Origin: Bacteroides sp.
GTDB taxonomy: Bacteria; Bacteroidota; Bacteroidia; Bacteroidales; Bacteroidaceae
Direction of reading: 5' to 3'
NCBI GenBank assembly: GCA_017559935.1
Contig: JAFYPV010000128.1
Span: 10,735 to 74,734, forward strand
DNA: 64,000 nucleotides
Shown here: one piece after another, positions 38,220 to 49,250 of the stretch
How positions within the stretch are numbered: the first letter of the stretch is position 1
Layout of the letters: each line of letters starts with the position of its first letter
The notes under the pieces: model-generated
Seen by the model: only the letters and a program-made list of their open reading frames with translations
Databases searched by the model: none
Told to the model about the DNA's origin: nothing
Program-made: the position numbers and the translations under genes

Positions 38220-41066
38220 TTAATGTGCTTCTAGCCAATTGGTGCCCCAACCACAGTCGGCAAGAAGAGGAACTTTCATGGTATATGCCTTCTCCATTTC
38301 TTCAATCACGATTTGTTGAACCTTTTCTTTCTCTTCTGGATATACGCTGAAATTTAATTCATCGTGCACTTGAAGAATCATTTTCGAACGGATATTTTCG
38401 GCTTGAAAACGTTGATAAATATGAATCATGGCAGCCTTGATAATATCGGCAGCGCTTCCTTGGATAGGAGCGTTGATGGCATTTCGTTCGGCATACCCTC
38501 TCACAACTGCATTGTGTGAATTGATGTCTGGTAAGAAACGTTTACGTCCGAATATGGTTTCAATGTAGCCATTCTGTCGAGCTACTTCGATGCTTTTATC
38601 CATGTATTGCTTGATTTGAGGATAAGTTTGGAAATATCCATCAATTAATTCTTTTGCTTCGCTTCGAGATACATTCATCCGTTCGGCTAAACCGAATACG
38701 CTAATGCCATAAATGATACCAAAGTTTGCGGTTTTGGCTTTACTACGTTGTTCTCGTGTTACTTCGTTTATTCCTATTTTATATACTTTGGCAGCAGTAG
38801 CGGCATGAATGTCGTTTCCTTCTTGGAAAGCATCTATCATATTAGTGTCTCCACTTAAATGAGCCATGATGCGGAGCTCTATTTGGGAATAGTCGGACGA
38901 GAAGAACTCGCAACCTTCTTCAGGTATAAATGCTTTTCTAATTTCCTTTCCGTCTTCATTTCTGATAGGAATATTTTGTAGATTAGGATTACTTGAACTT
39001 AATCGTCCTGTAGCAGTAACTGTTTGGTTGAACGAAGTATGTATTTTCCCTGTTTTAGGATTGATTAGCTGCGGAAGTGTATCGATGTAAGTGCTTAATA
39101 GTTTTTTCAGTCCTCGATAATCCAGGATTTTTCCGATTATTTCATGTTTGTTTCGTAAGCTTTCCAATACTTCTTCGCTGGTAACATACTGTCCTGTTTT
39201 TGTTTTTTTTGCTTTGTTTGAAATTTTCAAGTGATCGAATAATACTTCGCCTACTTGTTTAGGTGAAGATACATTGAATTTCATATTGGCCAATTGATAG
39301 ATTTCTTCCTCAATTTGGTTCATTCGTGCAGTGAAATGTTGTGAGGTTTCTTTCAACGCGTTAGTGTCTACACAAACTCCATTCTTTTCCATATAAGCTA
39401 AAACAGGAACAAGTGGCATTTCCAATTCATAAAAAAGTTTATCTGCTCCATTGGTGGCCAATTCATTTTTTAAAATGTGGTAAAGCTTTAGGGTAATATC
39501 AGCATCTTCGCAAGCATATTTATAGATAGCTGTAGGAGTGAGGTCACGCATGTTGCCTTGGTTTTTTCCTTTGGTGCCTATCAGTTCTTCTATGTGGATG
39601 GTTTGGTAATTCAAATAAATCTCAGCCAAATAATCCATGTTGTGTTGTAGTTCAGGTTGGAGTACATAATGTGCTATCATGGTATCAAACATTGGACCTT
39701 TCACTTCTACACCATAATTAGAAAGTACTAATATATCATACTTGATATTTTGGCCGACCTTCAGGCTTTTTTCATTTTCGAGTACTTCCTTGAAATCCTT
39801 TACAATTTTTAAAGCATCATCATGGTTTGTTGGGACAGGTACATAAAAAGCTTGGTTTTCGGCAAAACTAAAGCTCATACCTACCAGTTCTGCAGTGATA
39901 GGTTCGGTACTAGTTGTTTCTGTATCTAGACTAAATATTTCTTTTGTCTTGATTATTTGAATAAAATCACGTCTTTTCTCTTCAGTATCAATCAGTTGGT
40001 AGTCGTAGTTGATAATTTCAAGGCTTATGAGATTTGAAAATTTAGAATCATTCGTACCATCGTCTGTAAATTCAGCAAAGAGATTGCCTTGTAATGGGCT
40101 CTTTTTCGCATCGGTTGTGGTAATCGGTTCCCCGAAAAGTGAAAGTTGGCCGTTTGTTTTAATTAGGGCAGGAGATTCGGGGGTCGGAATTTTCTTGTCT
40201 CGTCCAAGTACTCTTTCTATGAGTGTGCGGAATTCCAGTTCTTCGAAAATATTTCGTAAAGCATCTTCATCGGGAGTTTTTCTTTTCAATTCATCCATTT
40301 GAAGTTCAATGGGTACATCGGTTTTTATTGTGGCTAAAAATTTGGAGAAGGTAATCATTTCTCGATTAGCTTCCACTTTTGTTTTCAAAGCACCCTTGAG
40401 TTCGTTGGAGTGGGAGAGGATATTCTCAATGCTTCCGAATTGTGCTATCAGCTTTTGTGCTGTTTTTTCACCTACTCCTGGGCAACCGGGTATATTGTCG
40501 GATGAATCACCCATTAAGCCGAGTATGTCAATGACTTGTAATGGATATTCGATATTGAATTTGGCTTTGACTTCCTCAGTACCCAATATCTCGAATTCCT
40601 TATCACCATATTTAGGGCGATAGATGAATACGTTTTCGCAGACTAATTGGCCGTAATCTTTATCTGGCGTCATCATATAGGTAGTAATGCCTTTTTCCCC
40701 AGCTTTAGTTGCTAATGTGCCGATTACATCATCAGCTTCGAATCCTTGTACTTCAAGGATAGGTATACGGTAAGCTCGGATAATATCTTTAATAATAGGC
40801 ACAGACAAGCGTATAACTTCCGGAGTTTCTTCGCGTTGTGCTTTGTATTGTTCATATGCTTCATGGCGGAATGTAGGTCCTGACGGATCGAATGCTATTC
40901 CTATATAGGTCGGGTTTTCTTTTTTGAGTACGTCTTCCAATGTGTTGACGAATCCTAAAACAGCAGAAGTATTGAATCCCTTGGAATTGATTCGAGGATT
41001 TTTGATCAGTGCATAGTATGCACGGTAAATCAATGCGTATGCATCAAGGAGGAAAAGTTTATCCAT
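38220..41066 (-). CDS. polA: DNA polymerase I
   Basis: 5'-3' exonuclease (YRAYY, EADD), DTET, DYSQIELR, NFGIIYG and QVHDEL. Confidence 0.98.
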   Translation of the reverse strand: MDKLFLLDAYALIYRAYYALIKNPRINSKGFNTSAVLGFVNTLEDVLKKENPTYIGIAFDPSGPTFRHEAYEQYKAQREETPEVIRLSVPIIKDIIRAYRIPILEVQGFEADDVIGTLATKAGEKGITTYMMTPDKDYGQLVCENVFIYRPKYGDKEFEILGTEEVKAKFNIEYPLQVIDILGLMGDSSDNIPGCPGVGEKTAQKLIAQFGSIENILSHSNELKGALKTKVEANREMITFSKFLATIKTDVPIELQMDELKRKTPDEDALRNIFEELEFRTLIERVLGRDKKIPTPESPALIKTNGQLSLFGEPITTTDAKKSPLQGNLFAEFTDDGTNDSKFSNLISLEIINYDYQLIDTEEKRRDFIQIIKTKEIFSLDTETTSTEPITAELVGMSFSFAENQAFYVPVPTNHDDALKIVKDFKEVLENEKSLKVGQNIKYDILVLSNYGVEVKGPMFDTMIAHYVLQPELQHNMDYLAEIYLNYQTIHIEELIGTKGKNQGNMRDLTPTAIYKYACEDADITLKLYHILKNELATNGADKLFYELEMPLVPVLAYMEKNGVCVDTNALKETSQHFTARMNQIEEEIYQLANMKFNVSSPKQVGEVLFDHLKISNKAKKTKTGQYVTSEEVLESLRNKHEIIGKILDYRGLKKLLSTYIDTLPQLINPKTGKIHTSFNQTVTATGRLSSSNPNLQNIPIRNEDGKEIRKAFIPEEGCEFFSSDYSQIELRIMAHLSGDTNMIDAFQEGNDIHAATAAKVYKIGINEVTREQRSKAKTANFGIIYGISVFGLAERMNVSRSEAKELIDGYFQTYPQIKQYMDKSIEVARQNGYIETIFGRKRFLPDINSHNAVVRGYAERNAINAPIQGSAADIIKAAMIHIYQRFQAENIRSKMILQVHDELNFSVYPEEKEKVQQIVIEEMEKAYTMKVPLLADCGWGTNWLEAH

Positions 41067-41160
41067 TATGCTTATAAATCTTAGTTTTTTTCATCGTAAA
41101 AGTACAAAAAAATACCGTATTCCGCGTTTTATTACTACTTTTGTAGCGCAAAAATCGTTT

Positions 41161-42135
41161 ATGGAGAAATTAGAACAAATAAAACAACCCGTTTCAGTAG
41201 AGTTTGAAGTTTTTAAGCAGAAATTTGATGCTTCGCTTCAAAGCGCTAATCCTTTGTTGGGTGAAGTAATACACTTCATTAAACAACGGAAAGGTAAAAT
41301 GATGCGACCGATGTTGACTTTGCTGATGGCTAAATTATACGGTGAAATCGTAGATTCTACTTATTATTCTGCTATTTCTTTAGAGTTATTGCATACAGCT
41401 AGTTTAGTGCATGATGATGTTGTTGATGAAAGTGATAAGCGTAGAGGCCAATCATCAGTAAATGCAATATATGATAATAAGGTATCTGTATTAGTAGGGG
41501 ATTATTTGTTAGCGACAAGTTTGATGAACGCAGCTTTAACGAATGAGGTTCGGTTGGTTGAGTTAGTTAGTTGTTTGGGACAACAGCTTTCGGAAGGAGA
41601 GATTATTCAGCTTTCTAATACGAATGCATCCGATTTCTCTGAAGCGGTTTATTTTAATGTCATTAAGAAGAAGACAGCCGCTCTTTTTGCTGCTGCTGCA
41701 GAGGCGGGTGCCCGTTCCGTGAATGCTTCCGATGAAATAGTTGAAAAAGCCTATTTGTTTGGAGAAATGATTGGGATTGCTTTTCAAATCAAGGATGATA
41801 TCTTTGATTATTTTTCTTCGGAAGAATTAGGAAAACCTACTGGTAATGATATGCAAGAGGGTAAGCTGACTTTACCTGCATTGTATGTGTTGAATTCTCA
41901 AAAAGATAAGGCGATGAAAGATTTGGCCTTGAAAATTCGAGCTTTGGAAGCTAGTCAAGAAGAGATAAACACATTTATATCATATGTAAAACAGAATGGA
42001 GGTATTGAATATGCTACGCAAATGATGGTAGATTATCGAAATAAAGCTTTAGCTCTGTTACCACAAACAACTTCCAAGGAATTGAAGGAGTCCTTGGCTG
42101 CTTATATTGATTATGTAATTGAAAGAAAGAAATAA
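41161..42135 (+). CDS. Polyprenyl diphosphate synthase (IspB-like)
   Basis: GKMMRP, LVHDDVVD...RRG and FQIKDD; ATG at 41161. Confidence 0.93.
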   Translation: MEKLEQIKQPVSVEFEVFKQKFDASLQSANPLLGEVIHFIKQRKGKMMRPMLTLLMAKLYGEIVDSTYYSAISLELLHTASLVHDDVVDESDKRRGQSSVNAIYDNKVSVLVGDYLLATSLMNAALTNEVRLVELVSCLGQQLSEGEIIQLSNTNASDFSEAVYFNVIKKKTAALFAAAAEAGARSVNASDEIVEKAYLFGEMIGIAFQIKDDIFDYFSSEELGKPTGNDMQEGKLTLPALYVLNSQKDKAMKDLALKIRALEASQEEINTFISYVKQNGGIEYATQMMVDYRNKALALLPQTTSKELKESLAAYIDYVIERKK

Positions 42136-42136
42136 G

Positions 42137-42189
42137 AGATAAAAAAGAAATCCCGTTTACCTTAAGTAAACGGGATTTCTTTTTTATCT
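42137..42189. terminator. Bidirectional terminator
   Basis: 24-bp perfect arms AGATAAAAAAGAAATCCCGTTTAC / GTAAACGGGATTTCTTTTTTATCT. Confidence 0.9.
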
Positions 42190-42196
42190 TGTTGGA

Positions 42197-43102
42197 TTAG
42201 AAGAGTTTTGTTTCTTCACCTGTTATTTCTGATAGTAATTGATTAGCCAAACGGCTAGCGCCAATTCTAAATAAATTATTATTAAGCCATTCTTCACCCA
42301 ATACTTCTTTTACTATAGTATAATAGGCGATTGCTTTTTTTACAGAGTCGATGTTACCAGCAGCTTTAAAACCAACTTTTCTGCCTGTTTCCTTGTAATA
42401 TTCCTTGATGGCTTCACACATGACAAGTGCTGCTTCTGGAGTAGCTGAAATTGCTTCTTTCCCTGTTGATGTCTTGATGAAGTCAGCTCCTGAATACATA
42501 GAGAGGATAGAAGCTTTTTTGATGTTGGATGAAGTCATTAAAGCACCGGTTTCTAGAATTACTTTTAAAGGTTTTTCACCGCAAATGTCTTTTAATTCGC
42601 TGATTTCATCGCACATTCCTTCATAGTCTCCACAGAGGAATTTACCTATTGGCATTACGATATCTATTTCTTCTGCACCTGTATGGATGGCCATAGCTGT
42701 TTCGGCTACTTTAACTTCCATAAAAGTTTGTGAAGAAGGGAATCCTCCTGTTACACAAGCAATTTTTACATTGTCTGCTTCGAGAGAATCGCTGACAATT
42801 TCTGCCATGTTGGGATATACGCAAATTGCAGCGACATTATCCAAATCGGGATATTTGTCTACAAATTCATTGACTTTTTCTGTGAATCTCATGACACTTT
42901 CTTCAGAGTCTGTACACTTCAGTGATGTCAAATCTATACAATGAAATAGTAGTTTCTTAACTTCTAAATTGTTGTTCCCATCGAGATATTTACCAATAAG
43001 ATTATCTACTTTAGCCTGCACTTCATCATCGTGCAAGTGTGTATTGTACTTGTTTAAAGCAAGAGTATATTTGCTCTGTACTTCTTTGTGTTGATGTTCC
43101 AT
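42197..43102 (-). CDS. deoC: Deoxyribose-phosphate aldolase
   Basis: IDLTSL, EIDIV, LKVILETG, DFIKTSTGK and RIGAS. Confidence 0.95.
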   Translation of the reverse strand: MEHQHKEVQSKYTLALNKYNTHLHDDEVQAKVDNLIGKYLDGNNNLEVKKLLFHCIDLTSLKCTDSEESVMRFTEKVNEFVDKYPDLDNVAAICVYPNMAEIVSDSLEADNVKIACVTGGFPSSQTFMEVKVAETAMAIHTGAEEIDIVMPIGKFLCGDYEGMCDEISELKDICGEKPLKVILETGALMTSSNIKKASILSMYSGADFIKTSTGKEAISATPEAALVMCEAIKEYYKETGRKVGFKAAGNIDSVKKAIAYYTIVKEVLGEEWLNNNLFRIGASRLANQLLSEITGEETKLF

Positions 43103-43108
43103 ATATTG

Positions 43109-43429
43109 TTACAATTTAGGATTATTCTTATGTCTATCTTTATCACGGTTAGTCTTTTTTTCTAAATTTCGTAGGAAGGCTTCCGTTAGGTTGATTCCAG
43201 TTTGATTGGCTAGGCAAATGAGTACCCATAAAACATCTGCCATTTCATCGGATAAATCACGTTTTTCTCCTTCTTTAAATGATTGGTCGCCGTATGTTCT
43301 AGCCATGATTCTAGCTAGTTCACCCACTTCTTCTGTGAGTACAGCCATGTTAGTGAGCTCACTGAAGTAGCGTACTCCATAAGTTTTTATCCAATCGTCA
43401 ACTTGTTTTTGAGCTTCTTCGATTGTCAT
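43109..43429 (-). CDS. MazG-like nucleotide pyrophosphohydrolase
   Basis: LTEEVGELAR...EMADVL. Confidence 0.92.
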   Translation of the reverse strand: MTIEEAQKQVDDWIKTYGVRYFSELTNMAVLTEEVGELARIMARTYGDQSFKEGEKRDLSDEMADVLWVLICLANQTGINLTEAFLRNLEKKTNRDKDRHKNNPKL

Positions 43430-43882
43430 TTATTCTTTGTTTTTAGTATCCATACAGATTGTGACTGGGCCGTTATTTAATAATTCCACCTTCATGTCAG
43501 CGCCGAATTTTCCTGTTCCGATTTTCTTCCCCAATGCATTTTCTAAAGCTTGGCAGAAGTATTCGTATAAAGGGATAGCGATATCGGGCTTGGCTGCGTA
43601 GATATATGATGGACGATTGCCTTTCTTATATGAAGCATGTAGTGTAAACTGGCTGATTACTAATATGTTACCGTTTGTTTCTAATATAGATTTGTTCATT
43701 ACTCCATTTTCGTCATCAAATACTCGTAGATTAATGATTTTCTTACATAGCCAATCGGCATCCTCCTTTGTGTCCGCATTCTCAATGCCGACTAAAATCA
43801 TGAAGCCTTCCTGAATGGCGGACTTGCATACGCCGTCTATGGTTACAGAGGCGTGACTAACTCTTTGGATAACTATTCTCAT
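43430..43882 (-). CDS. dtd: D-aminoacyl-tRNA deacylase
   Basis: SQFTL, GNRP and NNGPVT. Confidence 0.96.
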   Translation of the reverse strand: MRIVIQRVSHASVTIDGVCKSAIQEGFMILVGIENADTKEDADWLCKKIINLRVFDDENGVMNKSILETNGNILVISQFTLHASYKKGNRPSYIYAAKPDIAIPLYEYFCQALENALGKKIGTGKFGADMKVELLNNGPVTICMDTKNKE

Positions 43883-43909
43883 AACGAGGACAAAGTTAGA
43901 AAATATCCC

Positions 43910-45730
43910 TTATTCTTTCAGTGTTTCTTTTATATTTTTAGCGACAGAAATGCCGACGATATTGGCTACTTCTTCTAAAGTAGCCTTCTTTATGCGCGAT
44001 ACGCTTTTAAATGTCTTTAATAAATCAGTCTTGCGCTTCTCTCCAACGCCTGGGATGTCGTCTAAAATAGAGGCTGTTTGGCTTTTGCTACGCTTGTCTC
44101 GATGGAAAGTGATGGCAAATCGATGTACTTCGTCCTGAATATTCTCCAAAAGATGAAATAATGGTGTATTCTGTTTTACTCCAATAGTTATAGGTGGAAA
44201 ACCATATAAGAGCTCTGATGTGCGGTGCTTATTGTTTTTGGTTAATCCTGCAATTGGGATATTCAGTCTTAATTCATCTTGTATTACTTGGCGTACTACC
44301 TCCATTTGTCCTTTTCCTCCATCCGTTATGATCAGATCGGGTAGGGGAGATCCTTCTTCAATTGCTCGTGAATATCGACGTCTAACAACTTCTTTCATTG
44401 AAGCATAGTCATCGGGTCCTTCTACTGTTTTTATATTGAATTTACGATAATCTTTTTTGCTAGGTTTACCCATTTTGAAGACTACGCAAGCTGCTACAGC
44501 GTCTGAACCTTGAATATTGGAATTGTCAAAACATTCGATTTGTACAGGGATTTTAGGTAAATGTAGTTGTTCCTGTATTTCTTTTAAAATTCGGGTTTTC
44601 TTTTGTTCTGGATTTAGTTTGTCTGCTTGTTTCAATCGATCTACCTTATATTGTTTTACGTTCATGATGGAAAGATCTAATAAACGCTTTTTTTCGCCTT
44701 TTTGTGGAATAGTAAATATGATATTCTTTAACTCTATCTCTATTTCAAAAGGAACGATGATTTCGTGTGATTTGCTTTGACAGCGTTCCCTCATTTCGAT
44801 AATGCCAAGTTGAAGTAGTTCTTCTTTGCTTTCGTTTAGACGCTTCTTATATTCGAATGTGAAGGCTTGATTGATGCATCCATTGGTTATATGTAGATAA
44901 TTGATGTAGGCTGAGCTATCATCCATTTCAATGGAAAATACGTCAACATTGTGAATGATGCGGTTGACAACTTCACTCTTAGAACGATAGCTTTCGATTA
45001 AATTGTATTTTTCTTTAATTAATTGTGCTTCCTCAAATTTCATTTCCTTGGCCAATGCTTGCATTTCGTTCATGAGTAGTTCGCAAAGAATTTGGGTATC
45101 TCCCTTTAAAATTTGCTTAACCTCTTCGATATCTCGCAAATATTCTTCATGTGATTGTTTCCCGATACAGGGCCCTTTGCAGTTTTTTATGTGATATTCC
45201 AAACACACATCGAACTTTCCATTGTTTATGTTTTCAGGGGTTAAGAGGTGTCGGCAGGTGCGTAATGGGTATAGTTCCTTGATCAATTTTAGCAATGCGT
45301 TCATCGATGGAATGTGGCTGTATGGACCAAAATATGAGGAGCCGTTTCTAATGATATTTCGTGTCTTATAAACACGAGGGAAATACTCATTGCTGATGCA
45401 GATTGATGGATATGTTTTGTCATCCTTTAGTAGTACGTTATAACGTGGTTTGTATTTCTTAATGAGATTATTCTCTAATAAAAGAGCATCTTCCTCTGAG
45501 TTGACGATAATGTATCTGATATCTATAATTTTGCTGATGAGAATTCTTGTTTTCCCATTTGTGTGTTCCCGATTGAAATAGGAGGAAACTCTTTTTTTTA
45601 AGTTTTTTGCCTTTCCAACATAAATAATGTTACCTTCGGCATTTAGGTATTGGTAAATGCCTGGGCTATCAGGTAGATTGGATACAATTCCTTTTAAGTA
45701 ATCGTTTGTGCTTGTTTCCTCCTGTTTCAT
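43910..45730 (-). CDS. uvrC: Excinuclease ABC subunit C
   Basis: GIY-YIG (IYVGKAKNL), ECFDNS, DGGKGQ and HhH. Confidence 0.97.
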   Translation of the reverse strand: MKQEETSTNDYLKGIVSNLPDSPGIYQYLNAEGNIIYVGKAKNLKKRVSSYFNREHTNGKTRILISKIIDIRYIIVNSEEDALLLENNLIKKYKPRYNVLLKDDKTYPSICISNEYFPRVYKTRNIIRNGSSYFGPYSHIPSMNALLKLIKELYPLRTCRHLLTPENINNGKFDVCLEYHIKNCKGPCIGKQSHEEYLRDIEEVKQILKGDTQILCELLMNEMQALAKEMKFEEAQLIKEKYNLIESYRSKSEVVNRIIHNVDVFSIEMDDSSAYINYLHITNGCINQAFTFEYKKRLNESKEELLQLGIIEMRERCQSKSHEIIVPFEIEIELKNIIFTIPQKGEKKRLLDLSIMNVKQYKVDRLKQADKLNPEQKKTRILKEIQEQLHLPKIPVQIECFDNSNIQGSDAVAACVVFKMGKPSKKDYRKFNIKTVEGPDDYASMKEVVRRRYSRAIEEGSPLPDLIITDGGKGQMEVVRQVIQDELRLNIPIAGLTKNNKHRTSELLYGFPPITIGVKQNTPLFHLLENIQDEVHRFAITFHRDKRSKSQTASILDDIPGVGEKRKTDLLKTFKSVSRIKKATLEEVANIVGISVAKNIKETLKE

Positions 45731-45741
45731 TAGATAAGTTT

Positions 45742-46266
45742 TTATAGTTTCAATAAAGTCCTAATTTCCACATTTCCTGGAAATGCTTTTCTACCGTTTA
45801 ATTCTTCTAATTCGATAATAAAGTTTATGTATGAATGTTTAGCACCACATTTTTGAATTAAGCGGTAAGTTGCAGCCATGGTTCCCCCTGTTGCCAATAA
45901 ATCGTCGTGTAATAAAACGATATCGTTTTCATCGATGGCGTCTTTGTGGATTTGGATACAATCGGTACCATATTCTTTTACGTAGGTTTCTTCAATGGTA
46001 TCAGCAGGAAGTTTACCTGGTTTTCTAGCTAAAATAAAGCCTGCACCCAATTTTGCTGCTAATGCAGCACCAAGTATAAATCCTCTGGATTCAATGCCTA
46101 TAACTTTTGTAATGCCTTTGTTCTTATAAAGTTCATATAATGCATCCAGCATCTCTTTTAAGCATTCAGCGTTTTTAAATAGGGTAGTGACATCGTAAAA
46201 GAGAATGCCCGGGATTGGAAAATCTTGGATTTCTCTTAAATTAGACAATAGCAGTTCTTTTCTCAT
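45742..46266 (-). CDS. apt: Adenine phosphoribosyltransferase
   Basis: DFPIPGI, ESRGF and DDLLATGGT. Confidence 0.96.
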   Translation of the reverse strand: MRKELLLSNLREIQDFPIPGILFYDVTTLFKNAECLKEMLDALYELYKNKGITKVIGIESRGFILGAALAAKLGAGFILARKPGKLPADTIEETYVKEYGTDCIQIHKDAIDENDIVLLHDDLLATGGTMAATYRLIQKCGAKHSYINFIIELEELNGRKAFPGNVEIRTLLKL

Positions 46267-46300
46267 AACTAGTGATTTATAGTTAAAGTATTAAATTGTT

Positions 46301-46316
46301 TGTTTCACGTGGAACA
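46301..46316. other. parS centromere-like site
   Basis: TGTTTCACGTGGAACA; its reverse complement TGTTCCACGTGAAACA fits the bacterial parS consensus. Intergenic, right after mnmG. Confidence 0.85.
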
Positions 46317-46325
46317 TGTTTTGTA

Positions 46326-48197
46326 TTATCGTCCTAAAAGTACGAGTAATACGTTGATGTCGCTCGGAGAAATTCCGGGAATTCGGCTTGCTTGTGCCAA
46401 TGTCTCAGGGTCAATCTTAATTAGTTTTTGGCGGGCTTCAGTCGAAAGGGAGTTCAATGAGTTGTAATCGAATTTTCCTTTGATACGGATAGATTCCAAC
46501 CGATGGATTTTATCGGCAATCAAACGTTCGCGGTCAATGTATCCCTGATATTTAATCAATACTTCTGCAGCTTCGATAATTTCTTCCTTGCGATCGGTAA
46601 TCTTGTCAAGTAGAGCCTTAAATGATGGGATGTGTTCAGCAATACTTTCAATAGAAATTTGAGGACGGATAATCAGGTCAATCAGCTTGCATCCGTGTGT
46701 CAGAGGAGCTGTCCCCATTTGAATCAATGCATCGTTGATCAGGGCTGCTTTGATAGAGAATTTCTTTGCGAATTCGATGATTCCGTTCACTGCTTCACGT
46801 TTGCTGCAGAGTAGGTCATAACGGTCTTGTTTCACTAATCCTAGTTTGTAGGCGCGTTCGGTCAAGCGCATATCTGCATCATCTTGACGGAGCAAGATAC
46901 GATATTCTGCACGTGAAGTAAACATTCGATATGGCTCATCTACTCCTTTTGTAACCAAATCGTCGATAAGTACACCTATATACGCTTCGTCGCGGCCTAA
47001 TACGAACGGTTCGCCACCGTGGCAATTGATGTGTGCATTAATACCTGCAATGATACCTTGGCCACCTGCTTCTTCGTAACCAGTTGTTCCATTTACCTGA
47101 CCGGCTAGAAATAGGTTGTGAATAGCTTTTGTTTCTAAAGTATGCTTCAATTGTGTGGGATCGAAATAATCGTACTCAATAGCATATCCTGGTCGGTATA
47201 TGACCAAATCCTTAAAGGCTGGAATTTGTTTCAATGCTGCAATTTGAATATCCATCGGCAGGGAAGAAGAGAAGCCGTTCAAATATAGTTCGTTGGTACT
47301 TTCACCTTCTGGCTCGAGGAATAGTTGGTGTTGCGATTTGTCTGGGAAAGTTACGATCTTGGTTTCGATGCTTGGGCAATAGCGAGGACCGATACTTTGG
47401 ATTTGTCCGTTATAAAGGGGCGAATCTACTAGCCCATTGCGGAGAATTTTGTGGGATTCTTCGTTGGTAAAGCAGGTCCAACATTGTAATTGTTTGAGTT
47501 TGCGCGGTTCGCTGATAAAAGAGAAACGGTGGAAATCGTTCTCTCCATCTTGTGTCTCCATGTGCTCAAAGTGGACGCTTCTGGCATCGATACGGACCGG
47601 TGTACCCGTTTTCATTCGATCTGCTGTGATACCATGACGAGTGATGGATTCGGTCAAATGGTAGGAAGCGGGTTCTGCACATCTACCACCTGCCAACATT
47701 TTTTTGCCTACATGCATTAATCCATTAAGGAAAGTGCCAGCGGTCAAGATTACACATTTTGCTTGAAAGGTTACTCCCCAACAAGTACTGACTCCAGTTA
47801 CTTCACCATTTTCTACTAATAGTTCTTCCACAGTATCTTGCCAGATGTGTAAGTTGGGAATGTTTTCTAGAATTTCTCGCCAAGCCCAGATAAATTTACC
47901 TCGGTCGCATTGGGCACGAGGACTCCACATAGCTGGACCTTTTGAACGGTTGAGCATACGGAACTGGATAGCAGTACGGTCAGTTACCACCCCCATGTAT
48001 CCACCAAGCGCGTCAATTTCTCTTACGATTTGTCCTTTAGCAATGCCTCCTACAGCAGGGTTACAGCTCATCTGGCCAATCTTGTTCATGTCCATGGTGA
48101 TGAGGCAGGTTTTTGAACCCAAATTGGCAGCCGCAGCAGCTGCTTCACAACCGGCATGTCCGGCACCTATTACAATTACGTCGTACTTAAAATCCAT
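46326..48197 (-). CDS. mnmG: tRNA uridine-5-carboxymethylaminomethyl modification enzyme
   Basis: GAGHAGCEAA, MSCNPAVGG, GPRYCPSIE and GQVNGTTGYEEA; start at MDFKYD. Confidence 0.98.
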   Translation of the reverse strand: MDFKYDVIVIGAGHAGCEAAAAAANLGSKTCLITMDMNKIGQMSCNPAVGGIAKGQIVREIDALGGYMGVVTDRTAIQFRMLNRSKGPAMWSPRAQCDRGKFIWAWREILENIPNLHIWQDTVEELLVENGEVTGVSTCWGVTFQAKCVILTAGTFLNGLMHVGKKMLAGGRCAEPASYHLTESITRHGITADRMKTGTPVRIDARSVHFEHMETQDGENDFHRFSFISEPRKLKQLQCWTCFTNEESHKILRNGLVDSPLYNGQIQSIGPRYCPSIETKIVTFPDKSQHQLFLEPEGESTNELYLNGFSSSLPMDIQIAALKQIPAFKDLVIYRPGYAIEYDYFDPTQLKHTLETKAIHNLFLAGQVNGTTGYEEAGGQGIIAGINAHINCHGGEPFVLGRDEAYIGVLIDDLVTKGVDEPYRMFTSRAEYRILLRQDDADMRLTERAYKLGLVKQDRYDLLCSKREAVNGIIEFAKKFSIKAALINDALIQMGTAPLTHGCKLIDLIIRPQISIESIAEHIPSFKALLDKITDRKEEIIEAAEVLIKYQGYIDRERLIADKIHRLESIRIKGKFDYNSLNSLSTEARQKLIKIDPETLAQASRIPGISPSDINVLLVLLGR

Positions 48198-48320
48198 TGA
48201 TTCAATTCTTTTTACTGGTTGCAAAAATACGAAAAGATAATCGGCTTTCATAAAAAGAAATCTATCTTTTCAAGAAAGCCGGTTATCTTTTATCAAACGG
48301 AGTAGGAGTTTTGATTTAAA

Positions 48321-49238
48321 TTATTTAAAGACTTGTTTCATGGCTCTTCCCACCCATACTTGTGGACTATCTAAACCGAAAATATGTAGTACGGTTGGAG
48401 CACAATCAAATTGCATCATGCTTTCCTGAAATTCGCCTCCTTTTCTAACACCTTTACCAGCGATGATGAACGGTGTATTGATTTCTTCTAGAGTCTTTCC
48501 GCCATGTCCCTTGTTGATGCCACCATGATCGGATGTTACGATGAAGATACATTTGTCGTAGATACCTGCTTCTTTGGTTGCTTCAATAATTTCACCTATA
48601 TAACCATCCAACTTTTTTAGGTTGGTATAATAGGCTGGTGTGTCATGTCCGTCAGCATGTCCTACATGGTCTGGATTATCGAAGATAAAAGCGCCCAATA
48701 CAGGTTTCTTTTCTTTGATATATTGTACGGACATGTTTTTCAACTCATCGGTATATTCCTTGCCTTTTGGTGTCTGGGCATGGAAATTTGTGGAAAGGGT
48801 ATCTATTACATACTTGATACCATCCCATTCATAAAGACAACCGATTTCGGCTTCAGGTTTGTTATTTTTCAAAATCTGGAACATGGTTGGGAAGATGTTA
48901 TTCTTAAGAATAACTCTCTCTTTGATTTCGTGTTGGGATGAATCCCAAGTGGTGTATCCATGTAACTCTGGACAAGCACCCATAAACATGGAAGCCCAGT
49001 TCACACCGCTAGAAGAGGGAAGTACGGCACGTTTCTGAAGAGTATAACAACCTTCATCCATCAGTAATTTTATATTTGGTATGTCCGCTTTGTCCACACT
49101 ATACGATCCCCATCCGTCTAAACCTATGTAAATCACATGCTCGGCTATAGTTTTTTTGTTACTTTGAGAAGTGTGTTTGCAAGAAATGAGAATAAAGGTA
49201 CCAACCAATAAAATAGCCAAAAAATAAACTCTTTTCAC
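48321..49238 (-). CDS. Alkaline-phosphatase-superfamily (type I phosphodiesterase/NPP-like) lipoprotein
   Basis: Lipobox LISC, IGLDG, PSSSGVNW, DHVGH and TSDHGG. Confidence 0.85.
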   Translation of the reverse strand: MKRVYFLAILLVGTFILISCKHTSQSNKKTIAEHVIYIGLDGWGSYSVDKADIPNIKLLMDEGCYTLQKRAVLPSSSGVNWASMFMGACPELHGYTTWDSSQHEIKERVILKNNIFPTMFQILKNNKPEAEIGCLYEWDGIKYVIDTLSTNFHAQTPKGKEYTDELKNMSVQYIKEKKPVLGAFIFDNPDHVGHADGHDTPAYYTNLKKLDGYIGEIIEATKEAGIYDKCIFIVTSDHGGINKGHGGKTLEEINTPFIIAGKGVRKGGEFQESMMQFDCAPTVLHIFGLDSPQVWVGRAMKQVFK

Positions 49239-49250
49239 GGTAATAAATAT

